Shown piece by piece: positions 48,305 through 58,405 of a DNA stretch of 64,000 nt. The DNA comes from Thermodesulfobacteriota bacterium (GTDB lineage Bacteria; Desulfobacterota_D; UBA1144; Nemesobacterales; Nemesobacteraceae): contig OZ242322.1 of NCBI GenBank assembly GCA_965208155.1, positions 321,732 through 385,731 of the forward strand, in the 5' to 3' direction. Made by a program: the position numbers and the translations under genes. The notes under the pieces are model-generated. The model saw nothing but the letters and a program-made list of their open reading frames with translations. It did no database searches and was not told the DNA's origin. Position 1 is the stretch's first letter; the number at the start of each line of letters is the position of its first letter.

Positions 48305-49021
48305 ATGATACCGATTAGAAGCACAATAAAAACCGAAATCGTCCCCTATGTGAATTACGCTCTTCTCGCCGTAAACGTGCTGGTCTTTGCGTATACCCTT
48401 TTTCTTACGGGGGAGGCGCTTGAGATTTTCTATCAGACGCACGGCATAGTGCCAAGCAAGATAACCGCCCTTGAGGCCTACGGATTCCTTGGCAGAACGG
48501 CAAAATACTTCAGTTCCATGTTCATCCATGAAAACTGGCTTCACCTTGCAGGGAACCTGATCTTTCTCTACATATTCGGAAACGCTATCGAAGACCTGCT
48601 GGGCCACGCCAGATACCTGCTTTTCTATCTCGTGTGCGGGCTGGTAGCCGTATTCATCCAGGTGGCTTTGAACTCCCACTCCGCAGTTCCGGTAATAGGA
48701 GCAAGCGGGGCGGTTTCCGGAGTCCTGGGCGCGTACATGTTCTTTTTCCCAAGATCAAGAATCCTTACGCTTTTCATAGTCCTGGTGTTTGTCCACTTCG
48801 TGCGCATAAGGGCTTATCTTTTCATAATTCTCTGGTTTGCCATTCAGTTTCTGACAGGAATCGGCTATATTGGTGACGCGGGAACCGAGGGTCTGTGGGC
48901 GCACATGTCAGGATTCGCCTGCGGAGCCATAGCCGGAGGAAGCTTTCTTTACACGCGGGGATACCGAAGCAAAAAACACAAAGCAGGTTACGGAACGGGG
49001 TGGTACGGAGAAAATGACTAG
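48305..49021 (+). CDS. Rhomboid-family intramembrane serine protease
   Basis: 238 aa; 6 TM, catalytic GASGAVSG serine motif and downstream His in a TM helix (LWAHMSGFACG). Confidence 0.85.
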   Translation: MIPIRSTIKTEIVPYVNYALLAVNVLVFAYTLFLTGEALEIFYQTHGIVPSKITALEAYGFLGRTAKYFSSMFIHENWLHLAGNLIFLYIFGNAIEDLLGHARYLLFYLVCGLVAVFIQVALNSHSAVPVIGASGAVSGVLGAYMFFFPRSRILTLFIVLVFVHFVRIRAYLFIILWFAIQFLTGIGYIGDAGTEGLWAHMSGFACGAIAGGSFLYTRGYRSKKHKAGYGTGWYGEND

Positions 49022-50261
49022 CGAAACAATGGATAATCTGGGAATAATCGCGGCCGGAGGACCCGCTCCGGGGATAAACGGAGTGATAAGCTCGGCCACT
49101 ATCGAGGCAAGAAACAGGGGGAAAAAAGTAATTGGAATTCTCGACGGGTTCAAGTGGATATCCATGGGAGACACCTCGAAAGTCCTGAATCTTGATATCC
49201 AGAACACTTCGAGGATTCATACAACCGGCGGCTCGATTATCGGAATATCAAGACATAACCCCCTTGCTACTGAGCAAACTTTTAAAAACACGGTTTCCTC
49301 AATTGAAAAACTGGGCATAGGCAACCTGATAACCATAGGCGGCGACGGAACAATGTTTCTCGCGAAAACGCTTTACGAGCACTTCGGGGGAAGACTGAAA
49401 ATAGCGCACCTGCCCAAGACCATAGATAACAACATCCCGCTACCCGACTATATATCCACCTTCGGATTCGAGACCGCAAGGGACGTCGGGGCGAAAATAA
49501 TGAATTACATAATGGAAGAGGCAAGAACTACGTGCAGGTGGTTTCTGGTTATAACCATGGGCAGGAGGACAGGCAATCTGGCCCTTGGAATCGGCCAGTC
49601 CGCCGGGGCTACGATAACGATAATCCCCGAGGATTTCAAAGAGGAAAAAGTGCCGCTTGATGATGTCATAGCCATTCTTGAGGGCTCCATAATAAAAAGA
49701 ATGAGCATGGGGAGAGAATACGGAGTGGCCATACTCGCAGAAGGGATGCTTGACAAGATAGACCCTGTTGACTTGGGACTTATGGACAAGGACAACATGG
49801 GAAGAATAAGATACGTTGACGTTAACTTCGGTCAGCTTCTGAAAAACACTCTTGCCGAAAAACTCTCCGAAAAAGGAGTCGAAGTGGAACTGGTGCACAA
49901 GAGACTCGGCTATGAAATGCGCTCGGCCAATCCGATTCCGTTTGACGTCGATTACACGCGAAAGCTCGGATACTGCGCCGTCAAGTACCTGCTGGACGGA
50001 AAGGGAGACGGGGCTTTGGTTTACGTAAGAACGGGGAAAATGCGGGCGGTTCCGTTTCAGGAACTTATAGATGAAAAAACAAACCAGATCAGAGTAAGAT
50101 ACGTTGACAAGAACACAGAGGCCTATGAAGTTTCACAGAAGTACATGATCAAGTTAAAACGCGAGGACATCGAAACTCCCGCGACTCTTAAAAAACTCTC
50201 TGAACAAACCAGCCTAAGCGGCAGCGAATTCAGGGAGTACTTCTCAAAAATCTTCCCCTGA
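49014..50261 (+). CDS. pfk: 6-phosphofructokinase (ATP- or PPi-dependent not resolved)
   Basis: 415 aa; PFK family motifs (GIIAAGGPAPGINGVI, TIGGDGT, PKTIDNN, MGR). Confidence 0.85.
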   Translation: MTSETMDNLGIIAAGGPAPGINGVISSATIEARNRGKKVIGILDGFKWISMGDTSKVLNLDIQNTSRIHTTGGSIIGISRHNPLATEQTFKNTVSSIEKLGIGNLITIGGDGTMFLAKTLYEHFGGRLKIAHLPKTIDNNIPLPDYISTFGFETARDVGAKIMNYIMEEARTTCRWFLVITMGRRTGNLALGIGQSAGATITIIPEDFKEEKVPLDDVIAILEGSIIKRMSMGREYGVAILAEGMLDKIDPVDLGLMDKDNMGRIRYVDVNFGQLLKNTLAEKLSEKGVEVELVHKRLGYEMRSANPIPFDVDYTRKLGYCAVKYLLDGKGDGALVYVRTGKMRAVPFQELIDEKTNQIRVRYVDKNTEAYEVSQKYMIKLKREDIETPATLKKLSEQTSLSGSEFREYFSKIFP

Positions 50262-50345
50262 TGCCACGCTCTGCGTTCGTTTCCAGCCCAAGCAGCTTTT
50301 CTGCGAGACTGTCGGAACGCAAACCGGAAGAAAAACCAGCCAGCG

Positions 50346-52040
50346 TCAGTCCCTTATGTGATGTTTTTCGTTGACCGGTTTTATCAGCACATTGCTTATC
50401 AAAGCGATCGCTAATAACGCTGCCATCACATACATCGTCGAATTGTACAAGGAGGCCGTCGGGTCTACCGTCCCCTCAGGCGCAATATCCATGAGTTTCT
50501 TAAGCGTTACAGTTTTGTTCTGCACGAGTATCTCGAGGTCGCTGATTCCTGCTCCGAAAGTCTTGGCGAATTCCTGTGGGGATACCATTTCGGCGAGGCG
50601 ATTTATTTCGGCCATAAGCGAACGATCTCTAAGCGAGGTGACCGCCAGGGGGCCGAGCACGCCTGCGACACTCCAAGCGGTCAGCAAACGTCCATATATG
50701 CCGCCGACGTAACGAGTACCGAACAGGTCAGCAAGATATGCCGGAACGGTAGCGAAAACACCTCCGTAGAAAGTAAAAATTATCATCGTCGCCGCGTAAA
50801 ACATTAACAGCCAGAAAATCGAAGGATTAAGATTCACCTGATGGGCAGCCGCAGGAATGGACAAATACAACAAAAGGCCGACCACGCAAAATATTGAACA
50901 CGTATTGCGTCGCCCCAGCTTATCAGAGGCGCTTGCCCACATGATTCGCCCCAGCATATTGAACATGCCGATCATCAAAACGTAAGTGGCGGCAAAGGTG
51001 ACGTCAACAATATCCGGAAGTGCGTTACTGAATATCTCGGTCATCATTGTCTTGGCGACAGAGATAATCCCGATGCCGGCTGTAACGTTAAGGCACAGTA
51101 CGGCCCAGACCTGGTAGAACTGAGGTGTTTTTAACGCCTGATCGATATGCACATCTTTCTGACTGATCATTCGCTTGCCAGAATCCTTGCCGGCCAGCGG
51201 CTCCCATCCTCGCGGTTTATACCCCGCAACCGGGACACGATATAAAAACGCCGAGATCATTATCACAAGAAAATAGATTACTCCGAAGAAAAGGAAAGTC
51301 TGGGCGACTCCGGCGGAACCGGTGCCAACCACATACACCCCGACCACTTCGGTTCCAGGTGCCAGCACATGTACCGCCTCGACAGCCCCCGCGACGACAA
51401 CCTCTTTGAGTTGGCCGCCGACTTCGGCAAAGCGTCGGCCCGAATGAGTGATCGTATCGACGGCGTCGACTGTCCCCAGGTATTGAGGCGCCTTGTAAAA
51501 GTACTTGAGAAAAAACTCCTTAAGCGGCACCGCGATCATCGCCCCACCACCGAAACCCATGATCGCCATTCCGGCAGCCAAGCCGCGCCGGTCCGGAAAC
51601 CAGCGAATTAAATTGCTGACCGGAGAAACATAACCAAAACCCAGACCGATACCGCCGATTACACCGTAACCCAGATAAATCAGCCACAGTTGATGCAAAG
51701 TGACACCGAGACTGCTGAGCATGTAGCCACCACCCCAGAAGCACGCTGCCATCACACCGACCATACGTGGTCCCACCTGCTCAACCCATTTTCCGGCAAA
51801 CGCTGCCGTAAGCCCGGTGAATGCGATCGCGACGCTGAATATCCACACTACCTGACGCAGAGTCCAGTCGTCCGCCGAACTAGTGGCAACCCCAAGCACC
51901 TCAATTAACGCGGGATTATATATACTCCAGGCATAAACGGAACCAATGCACAGGTGAACCGCAATAGACGGAGGCACAACCAGCCAGCGGTTGAATTCCG
52001 GACCTCTAACGATACGTTCTTTTGATAAAAGACTCGCCAT
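50346..52040 (-). CDS. MFS transporter (oxalate/formate antiporter-like)
   Basis: 564 aa; ~12 TM with a large central loop and MFS-type GxxxDRxGRR-like motif (SDKLGRRN). Confidence 0.75.
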   Translation of the reverse strand: MASLLSKERIVRGPEFNRWLVVPPSIAVHLCIGSVYAWSIYNPALIEVLGVATSSADDWTLRQVVWIFSVAIAFTGLTAAFAGKWVEQVGPRMVGVMAACFWGGGYMLSSLGVTLHQLWLIYLGYGVIGGIGLGFGYVSPVSNLIRWFPDRRGLAAGMAIMGFGGGAMIAVPLKEFFLKYFYKAPQYLGTVDAVDTITHSGRRFAEVGGQLKEVVVAGAVEAVHVLAPGTEVVGVYVVGTGSAGVAQTFLFFGVIYFLVIMISAFLYRVPVAGYKPRGWEPLAGKDSGKRMISQKDVHIDQALKTPQFYQVWAVLCLNVTAGIGIISVAKTMMTEIFSNALPDIVDVTFAATYVLMIGMFNMLGRIMWASASDKLGRRNTCSIFCVVGLLLYLSIPAAAHQVNLNPSIFWLLMFYAATMIIFTFYGGVFATVPAYLADLFGTRYVGGIYGRLLTAWSVAGVLGPLAVTSLRDRSLMAEINRLAEMVSPQEFAKTFGAGISDLEILVQNKTVTLKKLMDIAPEGTVDPTASLYNSTMYVMAALLAIALISNVLIKPVNEKHHIRD

Positions 52041-52089
52041 TGGCTTGTATCACGCAGTTAGTCGCCGAGGTGGAACTGAGACTATATAC

Positions 52090-52161
52090 AGCCGACGAGG
52101 GGATTCGAACCCCTGACCTGCTCATTACGAATGAGCTGCTCTACCACTGAGCTACATCGGC
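52090..52161 (-). tRNA. tRNA-Thr (CGU)
   Basis: Cloverleaf read by eye: anticodon loop UUCGUAA, T-loop UUCGAAU; CCA not encoded. Coordinates ±2 nt. Confidence 0.75.
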
Positions 52162-52753
52162 AGTAATCATCCGGTTAATTATGACACAGGAAAAAATTTT
52201 TGTGAATATTAGAAAAAGAAAATTTGGCGATCATTCCCATTTCGAAGCAGGCACAATTGCCTTGGGAGTGAATGCTAAAATTGATTTTCCACCCCCTTCC
52301 TTATAAATAGCTCCCGCTCAAAGACAACCACAAAATATTGCTACCCTCTGGGAAAAGGACATCCTCCTTAATTCTTAAGGCAATTTTTGTCGGGATTGTG
52401 TTATATTCAGAATCACTAACGACCGGAGAGAAATCGCCTTGTCGGACCTCCGTCGAATACAACACTTTACACTTCCGCTCAAAAGGTCTGGTTACATACT
52501 TCAGAAAGTGCGCAGGGTACTAGCTTCCAGGCAGTCAAGCTCATTTAATCCCTTCCGCCCTGCCTGTTTTTCCCCCTCGGTTTCTCCCCCCTCTTAACCC
52601 CCGGCAATGAACGCGCAAGCGATAAGCAGAAACGCAACCAAGGCAAGCAGGAAAAGCGGGGTTTTCGGGATGTTCGATTCTCTGGTTTTCATAGGACGGA
52701 ACAGTTTATCCGATTAAGGTTTTTTCGGGTAATCTCTTTTCCAAGGGGTAGCA

Positions 52754-52969
52754 ATGTCAAGCTTTAAATGGGTAATCCTTATCGCGGTTTTGATTCTTAT
52801 TTTTATCACTATCACGGGACAGAATACTTGCTATAACAATTACTGGACCGGGGAGTGTATGGAGCAATGCGGGGAAGCGTGGGGGAGTGAACATTTTAAC
52901 CGGGAAGTCTGCTCCCAGGCTTGCATAGATTCAAAGGGAAATTTCGGAGTCTGGCCGATAGAAGATTAA
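52754..52969 (+). CDS. Small cysteine-rich membrane-anchored/secreted peptide (71 aa), hypothetical
   Basis: N-terminal hydrophobic helix (WVILIAVLILIFITI) followed by a 6-Cys segment (CYNNYWTGECMEQCGEAWGSEHFNREVCSQAC). Confidence 0.3.
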   Translation: MSSFKWVILIAVLILIFITITGQNTCYNNYWTGECMEQCGEAWGSEHFNREVCSQACIDSKGNFGVWPIED

Positions 52970-53022
52970 CTTTTCCCTGTCAATTCCGCTCCCCTCTTAG
53001 GGGAAATAGAGGGAACATCCCG

Positions 53023-53961
53023 ATGAGGATTCTAGTAACGGGCGCAGCTGGGTCCGTGGGCGCAAAACTGGTGGAGCAGCTAGCGCAGTCGGATGACGTG
53101 GATGGCATTGTAGCACTCGACTGTCTCCCAGTGATCGCATCTCACCCGAAAGTCGTGGCGTTCCAGCAGGACATCCGGGAACCCATTGCGGACATCCTGC
53201 GCGAGCAGGGTGTCGATGCGGTTGTCCACCTGGCCTTTCTGCTACGGCCCGGCCACAACCGCGAGGCGACGCACCGGGTGAACGTAGGCGGCACGGCACA
53301 AGTGTTGCACGATTGTCGGGTTGTCGGTGTGCAACGCTTCGTCTATCTCAGCAGCACCACAGTATACGGTGCCCGCCCTGGCACCGAACAGCCATACACG
53401 GAGGAATCACCCGTCCGGCCCGTTCGCGGCTTTCAATATGCTGAGGACAAGGTTGCAACGGAACTCATGCTGAAGGCTTTCGCGGCGGACAATCCCGGTG
53501 CCTGCGTCACCGTGCTGCGCGGGTGCACGGTCATGGTACCTCGATGCGAGAACTTCATCACGCAGGTTTTTTCCAAGATGGCACTTGTCCGCATTGCTGG
53601 CGCGGACCCGCAAATGCAGTTTATCCATCTGGACGACCTGCTGGAAGCGTTGGAGCTGTGCCTGCTGGAGCCCGTGTCTGGCGTGTTCAACGTCACCGGA
53701 GAAGGCACCATCGCCCCCAGCGAGATCGCGCGCGTTGCGGGTCGGCACCCGGTGGCCCTGCCGGCGCCGCTTCTCGCGTTCATCACGCAGGTGACATGGA
53801 TGCTGCGACTGCAGAGTGACTCGCCTGCGTGTGGCCTCGCGATGGCGCGATGGCCGTGGGTGGCCAGCAACGAGAAGCTGGCGAGAGAGACCGGATTCCG
53901 TCCGCGGTACACCTCGCGGGAGGCGCTCATGAACTCGGCGCTGGCAGCTAACAGCGACTAG
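53023..53961 (+). CDS. NAD-dependent epimerase/dehydratase family (SDR) protein
   Basis: Start at MRILVTGAAGSVGAKL (Rossmann GxxGxxG) inside ORF 52921..53961; YxxxK-type active-site region. Markedly GC-rich gene. Confidence 0.75.
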   Translation: MRILVTGAAGSVGAKLVEQLAQSDDVDGIVALDCLPVIASHPKVVAFQQDIREPIADILREQGVDAVVHLAFLLRPGHNREATHRVNVGGTAQVLHDCRVVGVQRFVYLSSTTVYGARPGTEQPYTEESPVRPVRGFQYAEDKVATELMLKAFAADNPGACVTVLRGCTVMVPRCENFITQVFSKMALVRIAGADPQMQFIHLDDLLEALELCLLEPVSGVFNVTGEGTIAPSEIARVAGRHPVALPAPLLAFITQVTWMLRLQSDSPACGLAMARWPWVASNEKLARETGFRPRYTSREALMNSALAANSD

Positions 53962-54049
53962 TTAATTTCCCCTGCTACATAAATCGGCAGTTTGGCTAGC
54001 ATTGCATATAGTTCTACAACAAGATTGTTGACAACAATTTTGTTGTATA

Positions 54050-55447
54050 TCAGCGGACCATATCCACATGAATTTTTCTGGCCGCAAGTTCCGCTGAATA
54101 CACGCAATCGGGAATGCCAACGCCAAAATAGACCGCTCCGCAAAGCGCAAGCCCCGAGTGACGCGAAAGTCTATGCATAGCCCGCGAAATCTCTTCTCTA
54201 TGTCCCAGCGCAAAGCGCGGCATTGACATCGGATATCTCCTGATATAAATCTCCGCCGGAGAGTTGTCGAATCCGAAAACTCTTGTAAGTTCTTCCATTA
54301 AGACAGATCTTATTTCTTCCTCATCCCAAAGCGCCGCATCCGGGTTAAGCTCTCCTCCCAGAAAACACCTTATCACCACTTTTCCGCTCCCGGATTTTCC
54401 GGGAAACTTGCTGCTGTAAAGCGAACACGCAACAAGGTTCATTCCCTCTTTGGAAGGAACTATGATTCCCAAGCCGTCTGGAAGACCGCGGAAGCCCTTC
54501 TCTTCAAAAACAAGAGTCACAACAACGGAAGAAACGTAGCGCACGCCCGAGAGTGTGGCTCCAAGCTGCGGATCGATACCAGAAAGCAGCCGGCCGGCCG
54601 TACCGGCCCCGACAGAAAGAATGACAGCGTCAAATTCCTCTTCTCCACGCTCAGAACCGATAAGCCATCCCTTTTCCGATTTTTCAAGGGAAAGAACCGG
54701 GGTCTTGTAATCCTGCCTCGCAAATTCTGCACTTTCGCAAAGTCTTTCGACGATAACGGACATACCCTCAGTCGGAGTAAGAAAAAGGCCGTATCTGGCT
54801 CCGCTTTCCCCTCGGGACGTCGGAGGATTGCGAAGAAGGTCCCAGAAAACGCTCCCGCTTCGCTTTTCCATCTCGAGGAACTGGGGCATTGTGGCCGAAA
54901 GACTCAGCTTTTCGGGATCGGCCATGTAAATTCCGCCCAGAAGAGGCTGCGCGGCCTTCTCGAAGATTTCCCTTCCGAACCTCCTTTCCACAAAAGAACG
55001 GACGCTTTCGTCCCCTCCCCCACCGCGCGGAACCAGAGGCTCAGAAAGCACCCTGAGCTTGGCCCCGACGCTGAACAGTCCGCTGCGAAGAAACGGGAGA
55101 AGCTTTGAGGGAGCCATCAGGAAAAAACCTTCGGGAAGCGCCCAAAGCTTTCCCGCCTGATAAACGAACGTGTTTTTCCGCTGGCCGTATCCCACCTCAA
55201 GGAGCGAGTCCTCAAGTCCAAGTTCTTTTGCAAGGTCAAGCGCCCAGGGCTTTGAAGTTATAAAGGAGTCGGGCCCTAGTTCAAGGACCATGTCCCCCGT
55301 TTTTACAGTATCAAGAACCCCGCCCGGACGCGCAGAGGACTCGAAAAGCACAAGTTCAAGGGGAACACTCCCCTCCCGACAAAGCTTTCTCAGGTAGTGG
55401 GCCGAGGAAAGACCCGAGACTCCCGCACCAACAATCGCGACTTTCAT
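54050..55447 (-). CDS. hemY: Protoporphyrinogen/coproporphyrinogen III oxidase, HemY/CgoX family (FAD-dependent)
   Basis: 465 aa; N-terminal FAD dinucleotide fold MKVAIVGAGVSGLSSAHYL. Last gene of a hemE-hemH-hemY arrangement. Confidence 0.85.
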   Translation of the reverse strand: MKVAIVGAGVSGLSSAHYLRKLCREGSVPLELVLFESSARPGGVLDTVKTGDMVLELGPDSFITSKPWALDLAKELGLEDSLLEVGYGQRKNTFVYQAGKLWALPEGFFLMAPSKLLPFLRSGLFSVGAKLRVLSEPLVPRGGGGDESVRSFVERRFGREIFEKAAQPLLGGIYMADPEKLSLSATMPQFLEMEKRSGSVFWDLLRNPPTSRGESGARYGLFLTPTEGMSVIVERLCESAEFARQDYKTPVLSLEKSEKGWLIGSERGEEEFDAVILSVGAGTAGRLLSGIDPQLGATLSGVRYVSSVVVTLVFEEKGFRGLPDGLGIIVPSKEGMNLVACSLYSSKFPGKSGSGKVVIRCFLGGELNPDAALWDEEEIRSVLMEELTRVFGFDNSPAEIYIRRYPMSMPRFALGHREEISRAMHRLSRHSGLALCGAVYFGVGIPDCVYSAELAARKIHVDMVR

Positions 55448-55462
55448 AAGGAATTATCTTAC

Positions 55463-56404
55463 TTATTGCCGGGAATTTTCTGAATCGATGAGCCTCAACA
55501 CCCCGTCGCCCAGAGCCATTATGTAGCGGTCATCGTCGTTCACGGTTTCGGCCCTGTAGAGATTAACCCCGCACTCACACGCGGCCTCGGTTGCCTCAAC
55601 CCCTATATCGAAAAGCACCTCGACATGATCGCAGACAAATCCTATCGGCTGAATCACGATATCCGTGAAGCCCTGGCCGGCAAGGTTCCCTATCACGTCG
55701 CATATGTCCGGTTCAAGCCATTTTTCGCTCGGAGAGCCGCTTCTGCTCTGATAGGCGATCATCCATTTTTTATGCCCGACTCTGTCCGCCACCAGCATGG
55801 AGGAAGTTTCAAACTGCAGGGCATAGGGAGACGAGTCCGACATCCTCTCGGGAATGCTGTGAGCCGTGAAGACCAGCATGGTGGTATCGAGCCTGCTTTC
55901 GGGAATTTCGCGCATTCGTTCCATCACCTTGGCCGCCGAACCTTCTATGAAAAGAGGGTGATTAAAAAGCGGCGGAACATATTCCACGTGAAGCTGCATC
56001 TTGAGATCTTCACAGGCCTCGCTTACATCCCTCATGTACCTCTCCCAGCTAGCATCGGAGCGGTAAACGGCCATTATGAGGCCCACCAGGTTCTTCACAC
56101 CACTTTCCCGCATCTGCTCAAGGGAATCCTTGATGAACGGATGCCAGTTCCTCATCCCGACGTAAACCGGAAGATCGTACCCCCACCCGGAAAGAAGCTT
56201 CTGAAGCTTCTGGGCCTGTCTGTAAGTGAATTCGTTGAGCGGAGACTTCCCGTCGAAGATTTCGTAGTGATGGGCTACTTCCCGCAGCCTGTCCTCAGGT
56301 ATCGGCCTCCCGCTAGCCACGTTCCTAAGAAAGGGCATTATATCCTCTTTTTTCTCGGGAGCACCGTATCCGATCATCATTACGGCGTCGAAATTATTTC
56401 GCAT
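55463..56404 (-). CDS. hemH: Ferrochelatase (HemH/CpfC)
   Basis: 313 aa; ferrochelatase motifs (MMIGYGAP, RNWHPF, FTAHSIPE...). Confidence 0.9.
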   Translation of the reverse strand: MRNNFDAVMMIGYGAPEKKEDIMPFLRNVASGRPIPEDRLREVAHHYEIFDGKSPLNEFTYRQAQKLQKLLSGWGYDLPVYVGMRNWHPFIKDSLEQMRESGVKNLVGLIMAVYRSDASWERYMRDVSEACEDLKMQLHVEYVPPLFNHPLFIEGSAAKVMERMREIPESRLDTTMLVFTAHSIPERMSDSSPYALQFETSSMLVADRVGHKKWMIAYQSRSGSPSEKWLEPDICDVIGNLAGQGFTDIVIQPIGFVCDHVEVLFDIGVEATEAACECGVNLYRAETVNDDDRYIMALGDGVLRLIDSENSRQ

Positions 56405-58377
56405 GGAATTTCTCCCTGAACCTCCATTCGCGCGGAATACTCGTGAACTTCATCAATCAGCCTCAGAACATTATCAACCGGTGTCTGCGGCAGTACACCG
56501 TGACCCAGATTGAATATATGCCCTGGCCTCCCTCCCACTCTGTCAAGTATCTTCCTCGCCTCCCCCACGACATGAGACGGGGTTGAGAGCATTGAAACCG
56601 GATCAAGATTCCCCTGAACCGCAAGAGAACTTCCCGCCCTCCGCCAGCCGTCAAGAATATCGACTCTCCAGTCAAGACCGATAACTCCAGCCCCGGTCTC
56701 TCCCATGAGTTCGAGCAGGGAACCGGTTCCGGTTCCGAACAGTATTACCGGAACTTCCGGCGGAAGCGCCGAGACGAGTTTCTTTACGTGCGGAAAGACG
56801 AATCTTTCGTAATCCGCCGGGGAAAGACACCCAACCCAGCTGTCGAAAATCTGCACGGCATCGGCCCCGGCATCCACCTGGGCGCAGAGATAATCCGAAA
56901 TGCTCCCGGTCAGAATCTCCATAAGCATCTCCCACAGGGAAGGATCTCCGTACATGAGTTTTTTCGTGTTTACATAGTTTTTCGAGCCGCTTCCCTCAAC
57001 CGCGTAGGAAGCCACGGTAAACGGAGCTCCGCTGAAGCCGATAAGCGAAACTTCCGGGGCAAGCGCCCCTCTCGTGATACGCAGAGCCTCGTAGACAAAA
57101 CCCATGCTCTCGGGATCAAAGTCCCTCAGGGCCTCTATGCGCCTTCGGGTCCTAAGAGGCCTGGCTATCACGGGACCGTCGACGCTTGAATACTCAAGGG
57201 AAAGCCCCAGGGGTTCCAGTATGAGCAGTATGTCTGAGAAAATGATGGCCGCGTCCACGCCGAAGCGGTCAACCACCATCAGCGTAATTTCAGAAGCTAT
57301 ATCAGGGGTCTTGCAAAGCTCCTTGAATGAAACTCGGGAGCGAATCTCTCTGTATTCCCGAAGAAATCTGCCGGCCTGGCGCATAAGCCAGATTGGAGTA
57401 TAATCGGTTTTCTCGAGCCGACACGCCTTCATAAATGCTCCTTCAGACGTGATCTTTCTCCTCTGGGCCCGTGCTCCGTCCTCTGACCAGACCATCTGCG
57501 TGCGGTTCCAGTTGCGGGTATCCACACCGTTTTCGAAAGCCGTTCTTTTTTTGGCGAGAAGCACCGCTGACCTTCTGGCCACCTCCCTCACCAGATTTCC
57601 CATTTTCGGGCTGTCGGGCTCATAGTCAACGGATATTCCGCGCTCCCTGAGCGTCTCAGTGGTGGTAGGCCCAATCGAACATACAAGCGCTTTTTTCATT
57701 CCCTCGATGAAGTCGGCAGCACACTCTTCTCCGCCCGCTACCTCAAAAAGGTTGGATACCTGCCGGGAACTTGTGAACAGCAGGCAGTCCTCCTCCCCCT
57801 CAGATACGGATCTTACGGCATCGCGCAGGGGGCTCAGATCCTCCGGAAGCGCCCACCTGTAAATGGGAATTCTTCTTACGCAAGCTCCTTTTTTTTGAAG
57901 AGAAGCCAGAAACTCCTCATTGGAAACCCCATATTCCTGAACGTACACGACCAGGTTTTCAAGCGACATGCCCTTCTGGTCAAGAGTGGAAAGGATATCT
58001 CTCCACGTGTTCGGTTCTGAAACAGTTATATCCGGTCTTATCCCGAATTTGCGAAGGGCAGCGACGGGTTTCGGACCTCTCGCAAGAATCGTCGTCGCGC
58101 GCAGGGCGTCCAAATATTCCTTTTCCCCTGACTCAGCAATTACAATGTCGGAGAGAATCCGCGTGCCTACCCCAGTCATGAGAACAAGAAGGTCAATGTT
58201 GCCCGAGAACAGGTCATCGGCAAACCCGGCAACGTAAGGGCTTTTAAGATCGGGAACTTCCCTCATCGAGGGTGCGACTCTGGGCACACCGCCATGATAG
58301 GAGATGAGTTTTCTCATCTCCTCGCAACGGCGACTTTCAAAAGACGTTACCCTAAGCCCGTTAAAACCCTGTTTCAT
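56380..58377 (-). CDS. hemE: Apparent bifunctional uroporphyrinogen-III synthase (HemD-like, N-terminal) / uroporphyrinogen decarboxylase (HemE, C-terminal) fusion
   Basis: Single 665-aa ORF. Residues ~1-270 resemble HemD/HEM4; residues ~300-665 carry the HemE signature (TPIWLMRQAGRFLREY...). No frame break in the track. Confidence 0.75.
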   Translation of the reverse strand: MKQGFNGLRVTSFESRRCEEMRKLISYHGGVPRVAPSMREVPDLKSPYVAGFADDLFSGNIDLLVLMTGVGTRILSDIVIAESGEKEYLDALRATTILARGPKPVAALRKFGIRPDITVSEPNTWRDILSTLDQKGMSLENLVVYVQEYGVSNEEFLASLQKKGACVRRIPIYRWALPEDLSPLRDAVRSVSEGEEDCLLFTSSRQVSNLFEVAGGEECAADFIEGMKKALVCSIGPTTTETLRERGISVDYEPDSPKMGNLVREVARRSAVLLAKKRTAFENGVDTRNWNRTQMVWSEDGARAQRRKITSEGAFMKACRLEKTDYTPIWLMRQAGRFLREYREIRSRVSFKELCKTPDIASEITLMVVDRFGVDAAIIFSDILLILEPLGLSLEYSSVDGPVIARPLRTRRRIEALRDFDPESMGFVYEALRITRGALAPEVSLIGFSGAPFTVASYAVEGSGSKNYVNTKKLMYGDPSLWEMLMEILTGSISDYLCAQVDAGADAVQIFDSWVGCLSPADYERFVFPHVKKLVSALPPEVPVILFGTGTGSLLELMGETGAGVIGLDWRVDILDGWRRAGSSLAVQGNLDPVSMLSTPSHVVGEARKILDRVGGRPGHIFNLGHGVLPQTPVDNVLRLIDEVHEYSARMEVQGEIPCEIISTP

Positions 58378-58405
58378 GACTTAACTACCAGACGCCGTTT
58401 CGATG

